Below, one piece after another: positions 1 to 9,689 of a DNA stretch of 64,000 nt (positions are counted from its first letter, which is position 1; each line of letters begins with the position of its first letter). The translations under genes and the position numbers were made by a program. The notes under the pieces are model-generated. The model was not told where the DNA came from. It searched no databases and saw only the letters and a program-made list of their open reading frames with translations. Source of the stretch: an archaeon (GTDB lineage: Archaea > Nanobdellota > Nanobdellia > Woesearchaeales > UBA9642); contig JAZDHK010000033.1 of the NCBI GenBank assembly GCA_043806035.1, forward strand, positions 1 to 64,000. The letters are read 5' to 3'.

Positions 1-269
1 ATATTATATAATAATATTCAATATTGTAAATATATGTGTTGTTGTTTATTTCAATTTCTTTGATTTCTTTTAAAGAAAAAAAGCCCAAAACAGAACAAAT
101 GAGACCAAAAAAACGAATTCATCAGAAACAAGGGGGTGTAGTTAGTTATATTTTACAAACTTTACAATAAATTTGCTATTATTTATTTTTTTACTCGTGT
201 GGGAGTTAGTAATGATTACATTGTACAGACTAATTTTTTTATCACTATATAATAGTTAAAATAAAAAGA

Positions 270-277
270 TTTATAAA
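270..277 (+). promoter_or_regulatory. Archaeal TATA box (TTTATAAA) with A-rich BRE upstream of trmB
   Basis: AAAAAGATTTATAAAT at the end of an AT-rich region; GGTGA SD at ~330 before ATG 341. Confidence 0.65.
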
Positions 278-340
278 TGGCGGAGTATTTCTCTCCTATC
301 CAGGACTTACTGAAGAGTGAAAACAATTTGGTGATAAACA

Positions 341-1147
341 ATGATAGTACAAACCGACTTCATAAAAAAACTTAAAGCATTTGGGCTTAACAGCTACGAA
401 GCAAAGATATGGACTGCGCTGTTGAGCAGAGGCGTCAGCACCGCAGGAGAATTGAGCGACATCGCCAACGTGCCTCGCAGCAGAAGCTACGACATCCTCG
501 AGAGTTTGGAGAAAAAAGGCTTCATTGTACTCAAGCTCGGCAAACCAATAAAATATCTTGCCGTTCCCCCTCAGGAAGTCGTGGAGAGACTCAAGAAGCG
601 AATTGCCGAAGATTCACGAAGCCAAGTTGGTTTGCTTGACGAACTCAAAGAATCACCCGTTCTGGATCAGCTCTCCCAGCTGCACAAGACAGGCATAGAC
701 CTTGTCGACCCGCACGACGTCGGTGGTGCAGTTAAGGGCAAAGACAACATCTATAATCAAATGGATTTGATGATCAAGGATGCACAAGAGAGCATTGTGA
801 TCATGACAACTGCTTCAGGGCTTGTTAATAAAGCGACGTATTTCAAGAACGCATTCAAGAATGCACATAAGAGAGGCGTCAGCATAAAGATACTTACGCA
901 GCTAACAAAAGACAGTAAGACAGCAATTGCCGAGCTCTCTTCGTATGCAGACATAAAAGTGCTTGACAAGATCAAGGCACGGTTCATTATCGTTGACGGC
1001 AAGGAATTGGTGTTCATGTTGATGGATGATGCAGAAGTGCATCCTACATACGACATTGGCATCTGGGTTAATACGCCCTTCTTCGCCGGCGCACTAACCT
1101 ACTTGTTTGATCTTGTTTGGAAAGAAATCAAAGCAATAGCAAAGTAA
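341..1147 (+). CDS. trmB: TrmB-family transcriptional regulator
   Basis: FGLNSYEAKIW..LL, SDIANVPRSRSYDILESLEKKG wHTH; C-terminal PLD-like effector domain (RFIIVDGKE). Confidence 0.92.
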   Translation: MIVQTDFIKKLKAFGLNSYEAKIWTALLSRGVSTAGELSDIANVPRSRSYDILESLEKKGFIVLKLGKPIKYLAVPPQEVVERLKKRIAEDSRSQVGLLDELKESPVLDQLSQLHKTGIDLVDPHDVGGAVKGKDNIYNQMDLMIKDAQESIVIMTTASGLVNKATYFKNAFKNAHKRGVSIKILTQLTKDSKTAIAELSSYADIKVLDKIKARFIIVDGKELVFMLMDDAEVHPTYDIGIWVNTPFFAGALTYLFDLVWKEIKAIAK

Positions 1148-1159
1148 CTCACCTCTTTT

Positions 1160-1190
1160 CCCTGGACGAAAGTCCAGGGTTTTCTATTTT
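1160..1190 (+). terminator. Hairpin + U-tract terminator
   Basis: CCCTGGAC-GAAA-GTCCAGGG followed by TTTTCTATTTT just after the trmB stop. Confidence 0.75.
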
Positions 1191-1266
1191 CTTTGTTCCT
1201 GCCCTCAGCTCTTTTTACAGGTAAAAAATGCCAATGTTGATAAATTACGACGGCATTCTCAAATAC

Positions 1267-1968
1267 GTGATTGTACGGCACAAGACAATAACCTTGCTCG
1301 GAACGAGCCACATCGCCAAAGATTCCGTCGCAAGCATTAATGCTGCCTGTGCAGAAAACCCAACCATCATTGCAGTAGAGCTCGATGCTGCACGACTGTA
1401 TGCGTTAGAACACAAGCTCGATGCCAAACCGCGTCTCGCACACATCAAAACACTCGGTCTTGGCGGCTTTCTTTTTGCAACGTTCGGAAGATATCTCCAA
1501 AAAAAATTAGGGAACATTGCAGGATTGGCGCCAGGCTCAGACATGCTTACTGCAGCTCGTTTTGCCAAGCAAAACAGTAAGGAGCTCGTGCTTCTCGACA
1601 AGCCCATTGAAGAAACATTGCGTGCAATATCTCACGTTTCACTGTTGGAGAAGGCAAAGCTTGCAAAAGATGTTCTGTTCGGCATGGTATTTAAGCAAGG
1701 ACCCGTACGTAGCATAGACCTCAGCAAAGTGCCTGATGACGCGCTTGTTGCCGAGCTGCTTGTTGTCTTTAGAAAAAGATATCCTGGTTTAGGCAAGGCG
1801 TTGTTGGATGATAGGAATAAGCACATGGCCCGTACACTGCATCAGCTCATGCATACGCGTCCAGGTTGCACCCTGCTTGCTGTTGTTGGTGCAGGACATG
1901 TGATCTCCTTGCTCCATGAGTTGAAGACGCTCGACCGTCGAAGAGACTACGTGCATCGTCAAGCATAA
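1267..1968 (+). CDS. TraB/PrgY (TIKI-like) family protein
   Basis: LLGTSHI, IAVELDAAR, PGSDM, LLDDRN..MA, AVVGAGH motifs; start probably GTG 1267 (track gives 1228). Confidence 0.85.
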   Translation: MIVRHKTITLLGTSHIAKDSVASINAACAENPTIIAVELDAARLYALEHKLDAKPRLAHIKTLGLGGFLFATFGRYLQKKLGNIAGLAPGSDMLTAARFAKQNSKELVLLDKPIEETLRAISHVSLLEKAKLAKDVLFGMVFKQGPVRSIDLSKVPDDALVAELLVVFRKRYPGLGKALLDDRNKHMARTLHQLMHTRPGCTLLAVVGAGHVISLLHELKTLDRRRDYVHRQA

Positions 1969-2001
1969 TCTATATAAAGCGTCGATGTCCAGAACAGAAC
2001 C

Positions 2002-2826
2002 ATGCAAGGACTGCTCTATCGGTTGAGAACTGAGCTGCATGTGTCGCAGGAGGAATGGAAACAATTCTTCATTACACTTGCCGTTCTTGCTGTTTTAGTT
2101 ACTCTCCCTTTGGCAATAACTTTTCCGGGCAAGGGAATTCTTCGCGTCAATGTGGACTTGGGTTTGCCGTATCTGATGAAAGCGTTCCTGCTCTTAGGGA
2201 GTGCATTGTTGCTGCATGTTCTCGTTCAAAAAATGTTTGCACTCTATCTTGGGTATAGGGCACAGTACCGCTTTTGGGTGAATGGTCTGCTTATTGGTGT
2301 CTTTTTTGCATTTTTTACGTTGGGCTTTCCTGCAAAAGAAGTGTATGTTGCTGACATTGGTTGGTTGAGCGTGTATCTTGCCTTTTTCGTTCCTTTGTCG
2401 GGAACTGTCGATCTCTTTCATGATGAGAAAATGCGTCTTGGCAGATTTCGCTACAGTGCAAATATGAAGGATTTGGCAAGGGTTGCATTCTCTGGTGTAC
2501 TGGCAAACATTTTTGCACTCATCATTTTACAAGCAGCATTCTTGACCGTCAAGGGAACGGTCATCGGAGACATCCTTATTAATTTTATTGCCGCAAATAT
2601 GTTACTGGCATTCTTTTCTATGTTGCCCCTCCCCTCGTGTGATGGCTTGTCTGTATTTAGAAGCTCGCGCATTGGTTATGTCTTTCTTCTGGCCTTCGTC
2701 ATTATTTTCTTGGGCCTGCTCACGCTTGGATTAACGGTGCAGGGCATGGGTGTTTTCTCATTGATTGCAGCGACTCTGCTCGCAAGCCTTGTTGCATACT
2801 TGTACAATAAGACCGTCGAGTCCTAG
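2002..2826 (+). CDS. Membrane protein, degenerate M50/site-2-protease-like
   Basis: Multiple TM helices; LLHVLVQK at the HExxH position, VAFSGVLAN, SMLPLPSCDG (NxxPxxxLDG-like). Confidence 0.65.
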   Translation: MQGLLYRLRTELHVSQEEWKQFFITLAVLAVLVTLPLAITFPGKGILRVNVDLGLPYLMKAFLLLGSALLLHVLVQKMFALYLGYRAQYRFWVNGLLIGVFFAFFTLGFPAKEVYVADIGWLSVYLAFFVPLSGTVDLFHDEKMRLGRFRYSANMKDLARVAFSGVLANIFALIILQAAFLTVKGTVIGDILINFIAANMLLAFFSMLPLPSCDGLSVFRSSRIGYVFLLAFVIIFLGLLTLGLTVQGMGVFSLIAATLLASLVAYLYNKTVES

Positions 2827-3092
2827 AACCACGACCAGATGCCCTTGATGACCAGATAGACACAGATGATGAGAGTTATAGGCCACCAACTGACGACAAA
2901 AGACAAGAATACGTACGCGCCGACAAAAAAATCGATGACGCTCAGCACGTCCCAATTGAACATAAAACCCTTGATGATAAGATATGCGCCGAGCATGAGC
3001 GGCAAGCGTATGCCTATGACATCTACGACGGAGAGGACGAGAGCAACACCGGCGAGAATGTCGAGCACACCGAAGAGCTTGAAGAGGAACAT
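2823..3092 (-). CDS. Small membrane protein
   Basis: 89-aa hydrophobic ORF MFLFKLFGVLDILAG...YLVIKGIWSWF with internal repeat (YLIIKG/YLVIKG). Confidence 0.7.
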   Translation of the reverse strand: MFLFKLFGVLDILAGVALVLSVVDVIGIRLPLMLGAYLIIKGFMFNWDVLSVIDFFVGAYVFLSFVVSWWPITLIICVYLVIKGIWSWF

Positions 3093-3247
3093 AGACGACG
3101 AGAACGGGCGTGAGTATAAAAACCTTTTTCTCGACGGAAGTGTGCGAGGTCCTCCCCGAGAAAACAGGCAAAAAACGACAATTATCGAAACATTTAAGAA
3201 TGAGTGCTCTCCAGATGAGCAGTAATAACTTTTGGGGTGAAAAAAAC

Positions 3248-3382
3248 ATGGCTGAAAAAGTAGCAAAAGTAGGAGTAAAGAAACAAGCAGGTTATCTCTA
3301 TTTTGTCGACAGACAAGGCGACATCTCCCGCGCCAAGATGGCACGTGGTGGTCAGAAGAGAAAGAAAGGAAAGAGAAGATAA
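3248..3382 (+). CDS. Small basic protein (44 aa), putative nucleic-acid binding
   Basis: MAEKVAKVGVKKQAGYLYFVDRQGDISRAKMARGG...; strong GGGGTGA SD; T-tract immediately downstream. Confidence 0.75.
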   Translation: MAEKVAKVGVKKQAGYLYFVDRQGDISRAKMARGGQKRKKGKRR

Positions 3383-3405
3383 ATTTTTTTTATTTCTTTT
3401 TTCTC
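3383..3405 (+). terminator. Oligo-T archaeal terminator
   Basis: ATTTTTTTTATTTCTTTTTTCTC directly after the stop. Confidence 0.55.
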
Positions 3406-3457
3406 CACTGGTCATGTGTTCATAACGCTTATAAAGTAGGGCTGTTTCTGATGGGAA

Positions 3458-5665
3458 GTGATCGTGCTCAACTTTACGCCAAGAATATATCAGCAAAGCA
3501 TAGCGCACTCATGCATACAGCACAATTGTCTCATCGTCCTGCCGACAGGTTTGGGAAAGACAAACATTTTTTTGATGGTTGCGTTGAATAGACTGCAGAA
3601 CTATCCTTCTTCGAAAGTACTCCTTCTCGGTCCGACAAAGCCGCTTATCGATCAGTATTTCGTTGCATTTCAGAAGAATGCGGGTATTGCAGAGGAACGC
3701 ATGGTTGTTTTCACAGGAGATATGCCTCCAGAAAAGAGAGCGAGGTTCTGGCAGGAAAAACAGATCATTTTTAGTACACCGCAATGTATTGAGAACGACG
3801 TGCTTGCAGGCAAAATAACGCTTGCTGATGTTTCCTTGTTGGGATTTGATGAGGCACACCGCGCATCAGGAAATTACAGCTATGTGTGGCTTGCAAAAAA
3901 CTACAATCAAACTGCCCGTTTTCCTCGCATCGTTGGCATGACTGCCAGTCCAGGCAGCGAGGAAGAAACAATCATGCAGGTCTGCTCGTCCCTCTTTATA
4001 GAGGAGATTGCCGTGCGGACAGAAGATGATCCTGATGTGAAACCCTACTTGCAGGACGTGGAGGTGCAGTATTGTCGAGTCGACTTTCCTAAGGCCTTCA
4101 TTGAGATACGTGAGAATCTGCAACGTTGTTCTGAGGAGAAGCTTTCGGAAGTTAAGCAGCTCGGGTTTCTGAACAGCACGAACGTAACGAAAATGGTCAT
4201 TCTTCAGCTGCAGGCGCAACTACATGCCCGTCTTGCGCAAGGAGAAAAGGATTTTTCTTTGATGAAAAGTATCAGCGTACTCGCAGAAGCATTAAAGGTG
4301 CAGCACGCGCTTGAATTGCTTGAGACACAAAGTCTTTTCAGCATGCTCACGTACATGGAAAAATTGCAGCAAGAGGCAGTGACGACGAAAGTGAAAGCTG
4401 TACAGCGTCTCGTCCAAGATGTCTTTTTCAAGACAGCATTACAGCAAGCACGAATGTTGCATGAACAGCACGTTGTGCACCCAAAGATGCCTGTCGTACT
4501 GGAACGCATACGTGCAGAACTTTCCGCAAACCCCGAAGCAAAAATCATGCTTTTCACGCAATTTAGGGATACGGGCACGCAGATCACAAACGCACTTATT
4601 GCAGAGCACATATCTGCACAGTTGTTTGTCGGTCAGGCAAAGAAGAACGGGACGGGGCTGCAGCAGAAACAACAGCAGGCGATGCTGGATGCATTCAGTG
4701 GAGGAACATTTTCTGTGCTCGTCTCGAGCAGCGTTGGTGAGGAGGGGCTTGACATTCCCGCAGTAGATATCGTTATGTTCTATGAGCCCATACCGAGCGT
4801 TATTAGAAAAATTCAGCGTTCTGGGAGGACGGGCAGGCTGCGGGGCGGCAAGGTTATCGTTTTCATGACAAAGCACACGAGGGACGAAGCGTACCATTAC
4901 GTTGCCAGGAATAAAGAACGTCGCATGTACGCTGTCATTGACCGATTGAAAAAGAATTTAGTCCTGAACAAACCAACACAGACAGCACGCAAGGAGGCAG
5001 CAGCAACAAATTTACCCGTCATCGTTGTTGATTATCGTGAAAAGAACAGTGCAGTAGTCAAGGCATTACATGATAGCGCAAATGTGACGATTGAGATGCG
5101 GCAATTGGATCAAGGGGATTATCTTATCAGCGACGATATTATCGTCGAATACAAACGAATTCCTGATTTTGTAGACAGCATCGTCGATGGTAGACTTCTT
5201 GAGCAACTTAGGCAACTGAAGAGTTTCGCCAAGCCCATACTGTTATTGGAGGGAACAGAAGACGTGTATTCCTGCAGGCGCATCCATCCAAACGCAATCA
5301 ACGGCATGCTCGCCATGATAGCCACAGGATATGCCTTTCCCATCTTGTGGGCAAAGAATGAACACGAGGCAGCAGGATTGTTGTTGGCACTGGCAAAAAG
5401 AGAGCACAGCACAGAAAAAAGACCATTCTCCTTTCACGCCAACAAACCCCTTTCAAGAAAAGAACAGCAAGAATTTATCGTCAGCAGCCTTCCTGGCATA
5501 GGTTCGACGCTTGCAAAGCCGTTGCTCGAGAAGTTCGGTTCAGTCAGCAGCGTTCTGTCTGCATCAAAGGAAGCATTGCAAGACGTCCCACTCGTCGGTG
5601 AAAAGAAAGCAAAGCTCATTCGTGATGTTTTGGAAGAAGAATATAAAAAAGAAAAAGATTCTTAG
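3458..5665 (+). CDS. hef: Hef helicase-nuclease (FANCM-like SF2 + ERCC4 + HhH)
   Basis: LPTGLGKT, DEAH, TASPG, EEGLDIP, QRSGRTGR; VDYRE, GDY, VEYKRIPDF nuclease; SSLPGIG HhH; TATA at 3429-3436. Confidence 0.95.
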   Translation: MIVLNFTPRIYQQSIAHSCIQHNCLIVLPTGLGKTNIFLMVALNRLQNYPSSKVLLLGPTKPLIDQYFVAFQKNAGIAEERMVVFTGDMPPEKRARFWQEKQIIFSTPQCIENDVLAGKITLADVSLLGFDEAHRASGNYSYVWLAKNYNQTARFPRIVGMTASPGSEEETIMQVCSSLFIEEIAVRTEDDPDVKPYLQDVEVQYCRVDFPKAFIEIRENLQRCSEEKLSEVKQLGFLNSTNVTKMVILQLQAQLHARLAQGEKDFSLMKSISVLAEALKVQHALELLETQSLFSMLTYMEKLQQEAVTTKVKAVQRLVQDVFFKTALQQARMLHEQHVVHPKMPVVLERIRAELSANPEAKIMLFTQFRDTGTQITNALIAEHISAQLFVGQAKKNGTGLQQKQQQAMLDAFSGGTFSVLVSSSVGEEGLDIPAVDIVMFYEPIPSVIRKIQRSGRTGRLRGGKVIVFMTKHTRDEAYHYVARNKERRMYAVIDRLKKNLVLNKPTQTARKEAAATNLPVIVVDYREKNSAVVKALHDSANVTIEMRQLDQGDYLISDDIIVEYKRIPDFVDSIVDGRLLEQLRQLKSFAKPILLLEGTEDVYSCRRIHPNAINGMLAMIATGYAFPILWAKNEHEAAGLLLALAKREHSTEKRPFSFHANKPLSRKEQQEFIVSSLPGIGSTLAKPLLEKFGSVSSVLSASKEALQDVPLVGEKKAKLIRDVLEEEYKKEKDS

Positions 5666-6006
5666 TCGCTGGCCAAGGAATAGATTGCCTTCAGGCTAAC
5701 GACGATTGCAGCAGGCACAACGAATACGATGATTGCGTTGAGCATCTGTTGCAATACATCAGTCACGCTACCCAAGACACTGCCGCCGAATGTGGCAACG
5801 ATGACCAGCACAGCTGCTGCCATGAGGAAATTGTTGCTTTCCTTGCCTGTTACATTCAAGAATCCAACGAACAGACCGAGCACAACCAATATTGCAGTCA
5901 CTACTTGGCTTAAGGGCCAAAATCCCGCAATGATGGCAATGATCACGCCGATAATAAATGCCCAGCTACCAATCTTCTGCATTATGCTAGACTTTCCTTT
6001 TGCCAT
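5662..6006 (-). CDS. Small multi-TM membrane protein
   Basis: MAKGK...IGSWAFIIG...LFVGFLNVT...FVVPAAIVVSLK; GGAGGT SD upstream. Confidence 0.8.
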   Translation of the reverse strand: MAKGKSSIMQKIGSWAFIIGVIIAIIAGFWPLSQVVTAILVVLGLFVGFLNVTGKESNNFLMAAAVLVIVATFGGSVLGSVTDVLQQMLNAIIVFVVPAAIVVSLKAIYSLASD

Positions 6007-6076
6007 GATACTACCTCCACGTTTTTTAGGGTTTGCCATAACCATCACCCCACCTCAGCATGGGAGTTGCTCCTAT

Positions 6077-6448
6077 TTAAATCTTATCTTTCAAGAAGGT
6101 CCACAACCCCTCTACAGTGCTCACGTTTGTCCTCCTGAACGCCTCCCGCAAACAGGTATGGACGCGTACGCCGCGTTGGCTGAGCAAGTGATTGAGTTCT
6201 TTATGCAGTAACTCCCCTTCCCTATCAAAATCAGTCAAGATGCAGACATCATGTGCAGTAATGCCTTCAATAACAGCATACCTCTTTTTGCCCTGTACCG
6301 TACACAAATTTGTAAATCCCAACAGGGAGAGACTTGCAACATCTTTTTTTCCTTCCACCAACACCAGTACGTCAGCATATCTGCTCATTTGCTCACGAAG
6401 ATACATGAACTCGTCATCATATGGGTGCTGTCTCTGTGTTTGTTGCAC
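6077..6448 (-). CDS. Small Toprim-domain protein
   Basis: VLVEGKKD and ILTDFDREG toprim motifs; AGGAG SD before GTG 6448. Confidence 0.85.
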   Translation of the reverse strand: MQQTQRQHPYDDEFMYLREQMSRYADVLVLVEGKKDVASLSLLGFTNLCTVQGKKRYAVIEGITAHDVCILTDFDREGELLHKELNHLLSQRGVRVHTCLREAFRRTNVSTVEGLWTFLKDKI

Positions 6449-6513
6449 GTTTTTCTCCTGTTTTTTAGGAAAAGAGCAGAAAACACATAAATACCTTTCT
6501 TCTTCTGCACAGC

Positions 6514-7887
6514 ATGATTGATGAAGACGAGGCACTGCACTACTACACGCGCCCGTTGGTTAAGGCAATGCTGGTTGCAGAGGCAGCAGACAAGGAAGTG
6601 GGCGTCATGTATGGTGAGAGCTTTGGCAAACGTCCCGACGTGCTGCTCCACGATCAGGATGTTGTCGAATTCGCCAAGCAGCACGCAACGAGTTTTCACG
6701 CATCAGAGGAAATCTGGCACAATCCCTTACTCTTATCACCGACGCTGCGCAGACAGGAATTGGACCAAGCAAGAAAAGGGTGGGATCTCATACTAGACAT
6801 TGATTGCAAATATTGGGAATTATCCCGGCTCTTCACCCACTTGTTCGTCGAAGCACTACGTGCTCATCGTGTCAAGAACGTGGGCATCAAATTCTCTGGA
6901 AACAAAGGATTCCATATCTGCGTCCCTTTTGAAGAATTTCCCCCTGTTGTCAATAAAACACCAATCGCTCAATTGTTCCCCGACGGATGTAGGAAAATTG
7001 CTCAGTACTTGCTGGATTATGTCACGTTGCACATCAAAGTGGCAGGAGAGCACATTTTCTTAGGCAGTAACGCGTACACACTTGCACAACTATCTGAGCT
7101 TACGGGCGTTCCCGCACAGGATTTACTTCTCAAACAGTCGACAAGAGAAGGTATGAAAGTAACACTGAACACGCTGTCTCTCATAGGGCTGGACACCCTC
7201 CTCATCAGTTCACGGCACATGTACCGCATGCCGTATTCCTTGCATGAAAAATCAGGATTGGCAAGTCTACCTATTCTCCCAAATCAGGTGCTCTCATTCG
7301 ATAAGCAACAGGCACTACCCGAAAAGGTCGTGTTGCAGCAATCTCGTCCCTTCCTTATCAGATCAGGTCAGGGCAGCGCAAGTGCGTTGTTGATAGAATC
7401 GCTCGACCACAAAGCGGTGTTTGCGCAAGAACAAAACGCGCAGAAGAGAGAGCACGTCATCATCGAAGGCATGATCCCAGAAGACTGCTTCCCTCCGTGT
7501 ATGCAAAAATTGCTTGCAGGTCTTGAAGATGGGAGGAAGCGGGCGTTATTCATCCTGCTCAATTTTTTGAGCAGCTGCAATTGGCCGTTCGAACGAACAG
7601 AAGAACGGCTTCGTCAATGGAATATGCTGAACAAAGAACCACTGCACGAACACTACGTTGTTGGTCAGTTGCGCTATTACAAGCAACAGCATAAGAAAAT
7701 GCTTCCCCCCAATTGCGACAAGTACTATGTTGACATCGGTGTCTGCATTCCTGATGCGCTCTGTGCATCCATCAAGAATCCTTTTCAGTATGCGAAGAAG
7801 AAGTATTTGGCAGGACAACGTACTCCCCGGAAGAGACGAACGTCGCGTACGTCACCAGCCGATGATGTTTCCTCATCTGTTCAATGA
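6514..7887 (+). CDS. priSL: Fused DNA primase PriS-PriL (DPANN type)
   Basis: WDLILDID, FSGNKGFHI, RMPYSLH AEP motifs fused to FPPCM...PPNC...C...KNP PriL Fe-S domain. Confidence 0.9.
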   Translation: MIDEDEALHYYTRPLVKAMLVAEAADKEVGVMYGESFGKRPDVLLHDQDVVEFAKQHATSFHASEEIWHNPLLLSPTLRRQELDQARKGWDLILDIDCKYWELSRLFTHLFVEALRAHRVKNVGIKFSGNKGFHICVPFEEFPPVVNKTPIAQLFPDGCRKIAQYLLDYVTLHIKVAGEHIFLGSNAYTLAQLSELTGVPAQDLLLKQSTREGMKVTLNTLSLIGLDTLLISSRHMYRMPYSLHEKSGLASLPILPNQVLSFDKQQALPEKVVLQQSRPFLIRSGQGSASALLIESLDHKAVFAQEQNAQKREHVIIEGMIPEDCFPPCMQKLLAGLEDGRKRALFILLNFLSSCNWPFERTEERLRQWNMLNKEPLHEHYVVGQLRYYKQQHKKMLPPNCDKYYVDIGVCIPDALCASIKNPFQYAKKKYLAGQRTPRKRRTSRTSPADDVSSSVQ

Positions 7888-8539
7888 AATCATACGTGCA
7901 ACGCATGATTTCCTCGTCATTGACATCTTGTGGATGAATGGCGACTTGCACATCACCAGGCCAATGCTGCATGCATGTAGCATATGTGCGCAGAGCTACA
8001 CGGCTGCCGTCCTGCCTAGAAGTCAGGCCGATAGTGGGAACGAATCTTGCCTTGTCTCTCTCTTTTATGCGGGCCAGGCCCGCTATGTACGAAACGCCAA
8101 CATCCCACGCCGCTCGTTCTGCTTGTGCATTGAGCAGCCATGCAGGTGCGACAAATCCCGTTGTAGCAATGCCTGCCTGCTCAAGAAGCATTCTTCCCTC
8201 ATGCAATCGCGATTTTGCCTGAGTGTATGTACACTGCTGAAATTCCCCACAACCATCGGCAAAATATTCTCCCTTCCATTTTTTCCATCGCGTGTCATAT
8301 GTCCTTTCTGAGGAACGATGCGTGCATCCGTGCATGACAAGCTCATCACCTTTTCCCTGCAGCACGTTGAGCCAGGAAACGAACACAGCATCCTCCAGTA
8401 TACTCTGGCCCGCATAGTTTGGAATGACTAACCAGTTTCGCGGCTCAATATTTCGTAAACTAAGATTGGAACATATTGTCTCAAGTTCTTTCTTATACAC
8501 GGGAGCAACGTCATGTATGCTCACTATTGCCGAGCGCAT
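7772..8539 (-). CDS. Polysaccharide deacetylase-like (DUF2334-type)
   Basis: SIHDVAP, LVMHGCTH, GFVAPAW, VAIHPQD NodB-like motifs. Confidence 0.82.
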   Translation of the reverse strand: MRSAIVSIHDVAPVYKKELETICSNLSLRNIEPRNWLVIPNYAGQSILEDAVFVSWLNVLQGKGDELVMHGCTHRSSERTYDTRWKKWKGEYFADGCGEFQQCTYTQAKSRLHEGRMLLEQAGIATTGFVAPAWLLNAQAERAAWDVGVSYIAGLARIKERDKARFVPTIGLTSRQDGSRVALRTYATCMQHWPGDVQVAIHPQDVNDEEIMRCTYDFIEQMRKHHRLVTYATFVSSGEYVVLPNTSSSHTEKDS

Positions 8540-8606
8540 ACGTTCGGGAAATAACGGTTTTTCTTAAATCTTCCTCACCCACACCGCACCAACACGCACA
8601 GTAACA

Positions 8607-8614
8607 TTTATAAA
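8607..8614 (+). promoter_or_regulatory. TATA box of the S10/spc r-protein operon
   Basis: TTTATAAA ~90 nt upstream of rpl3; structured leader and AGGAG SD follow. Confidence 0.65.
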
Positions 8615-8699
8615 TGAATGACAATTTCTGCCCGTGAAGGCCTGAAAAAGAACTTTTTTCAGTACCGTACTGGTTCTCAGTAAGGTCTAGGAGCACGTC

Positions 8700-9677
8700 A
8701 TGCCGAAAGCACACACGCCAAGAAGTGGAAGCATGCAGTATTGGCCGCACAAGCGTGCCAAGCGCATCTATCCTAGAATACGTTCTTTTAGTGGGCAGAA
8801 AGGATTGCTCGGCTTTCCCGCATACAAGGCAGGCATGACTCACGTCATGGGTGTCGATGCACGTAAGGCGTCAAGGACAAAAGGAGAAACCATCAACGTT
8901 CCCGTTACCGTTCTCGAATGTCCGCCCATAAGAATTGCAGCAGTTCGCTTTTACAAAAGAAAAGAGAACATTTTGTGCGCGGAGAAGGACTACTACTTCA
9001 AGGCAGAGAAGGAACTGTCGAGAAAAACAAATCTGCCCAAGACGCCGCAAGAGGCAGGCGTGCTCGACAGCATCAATCCTGACGAATACGAAAACATCAC
9101 TGTGCTTGCGTACACGCAGCCTAAGCTTGCAGGCATTGGCAAGAAAACGCCAGAAGTAATTGAACTTCACATCGGAGGGGGCAACAAGGATAGGCTTGCA
9201 TTTGTCAAGGAACACCTCGCCAAAGACATACTCTTCACAGATGTTTTTGCAGAAGGAGACTATGCTGACGCCCGTTCCATTACGAAAGGAAAAGGATTAC
9301 AAGGACCCGTGCGAAGATTTGGCATAGATCTCAAGCAGCACAAATCAGAAAAAGGCGTCCGCAGGCCAGGATCTCTTGGAGGCTGGCGAGGGCAAGGACA
9401 CGTCATGTACAGGGTTGCCATGGCGGGCCAAATGGGATTCCACCAACGGACAGAATACAACAAGCAAGTATACAAAATCCTCAAGCCAGAAGAGGCAACG
9501 CCCAAAGGGGCATTCATCCGTTACGGCGTAGTGCGGGCACAAGCGGCACTCATCAGAGGAAGCCTCGCAGGATCCAAGAAAAGAATGATTGTCTTGACGA
9601 AAGCGCAACGGCTCAAAGCGGCACAGCCCGTCCCCACTATCGATTACATCAGCCAAGCAAGCCAGCAAGGAGTATAA
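8700..9677 (+). CDS. rpl3: 50S ribosomal protein uL3
   Basis: PRSGSMQYWP.KRA, YKAGMTH, TKGKG.QGPV.RFG. Confidence 0.98.
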   Translation: MPKAHTPRSGSMQYWPHKRAKRIYPRIRSFSGQKGLLGFPAYKAGMTHVMGVDARKASRTKGETINVPVTVLECPPIRIAAVRFYKRKENILCAEKDYYFKAEKELSRKTNLPKTPQEAGVLDSINPDEYENITVLAYTQPKLAGIGKKTPEVIELHIGGGNKDRLAFVKEHLAKDILFTDVFAEGDYADARSITKGKGLQGPVRRFGIDLKQHKSEKGVRRPGSLGGWRGQGHVMYRVAMAGQMGFHQRTEYNKQVYKILKPEEATPKGAFIRYGVVRAQAALIRGSLAGSKKRMIVLTKAQRLKAAQPVPTIDYISQASQQGV

Positions 9678-9689
9678 CGGAGCATAATC

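Noticed and set aside
240-256. Thermococcales TGM (TATCAC-N5-GTGATA) TrmB site
   Set aside because: Only the left half-site matches
7658-8311. 217-aa plus-strand ORF
   Set aside because: Antisense to the deacetylase and overlapping the primase; no recognisable features
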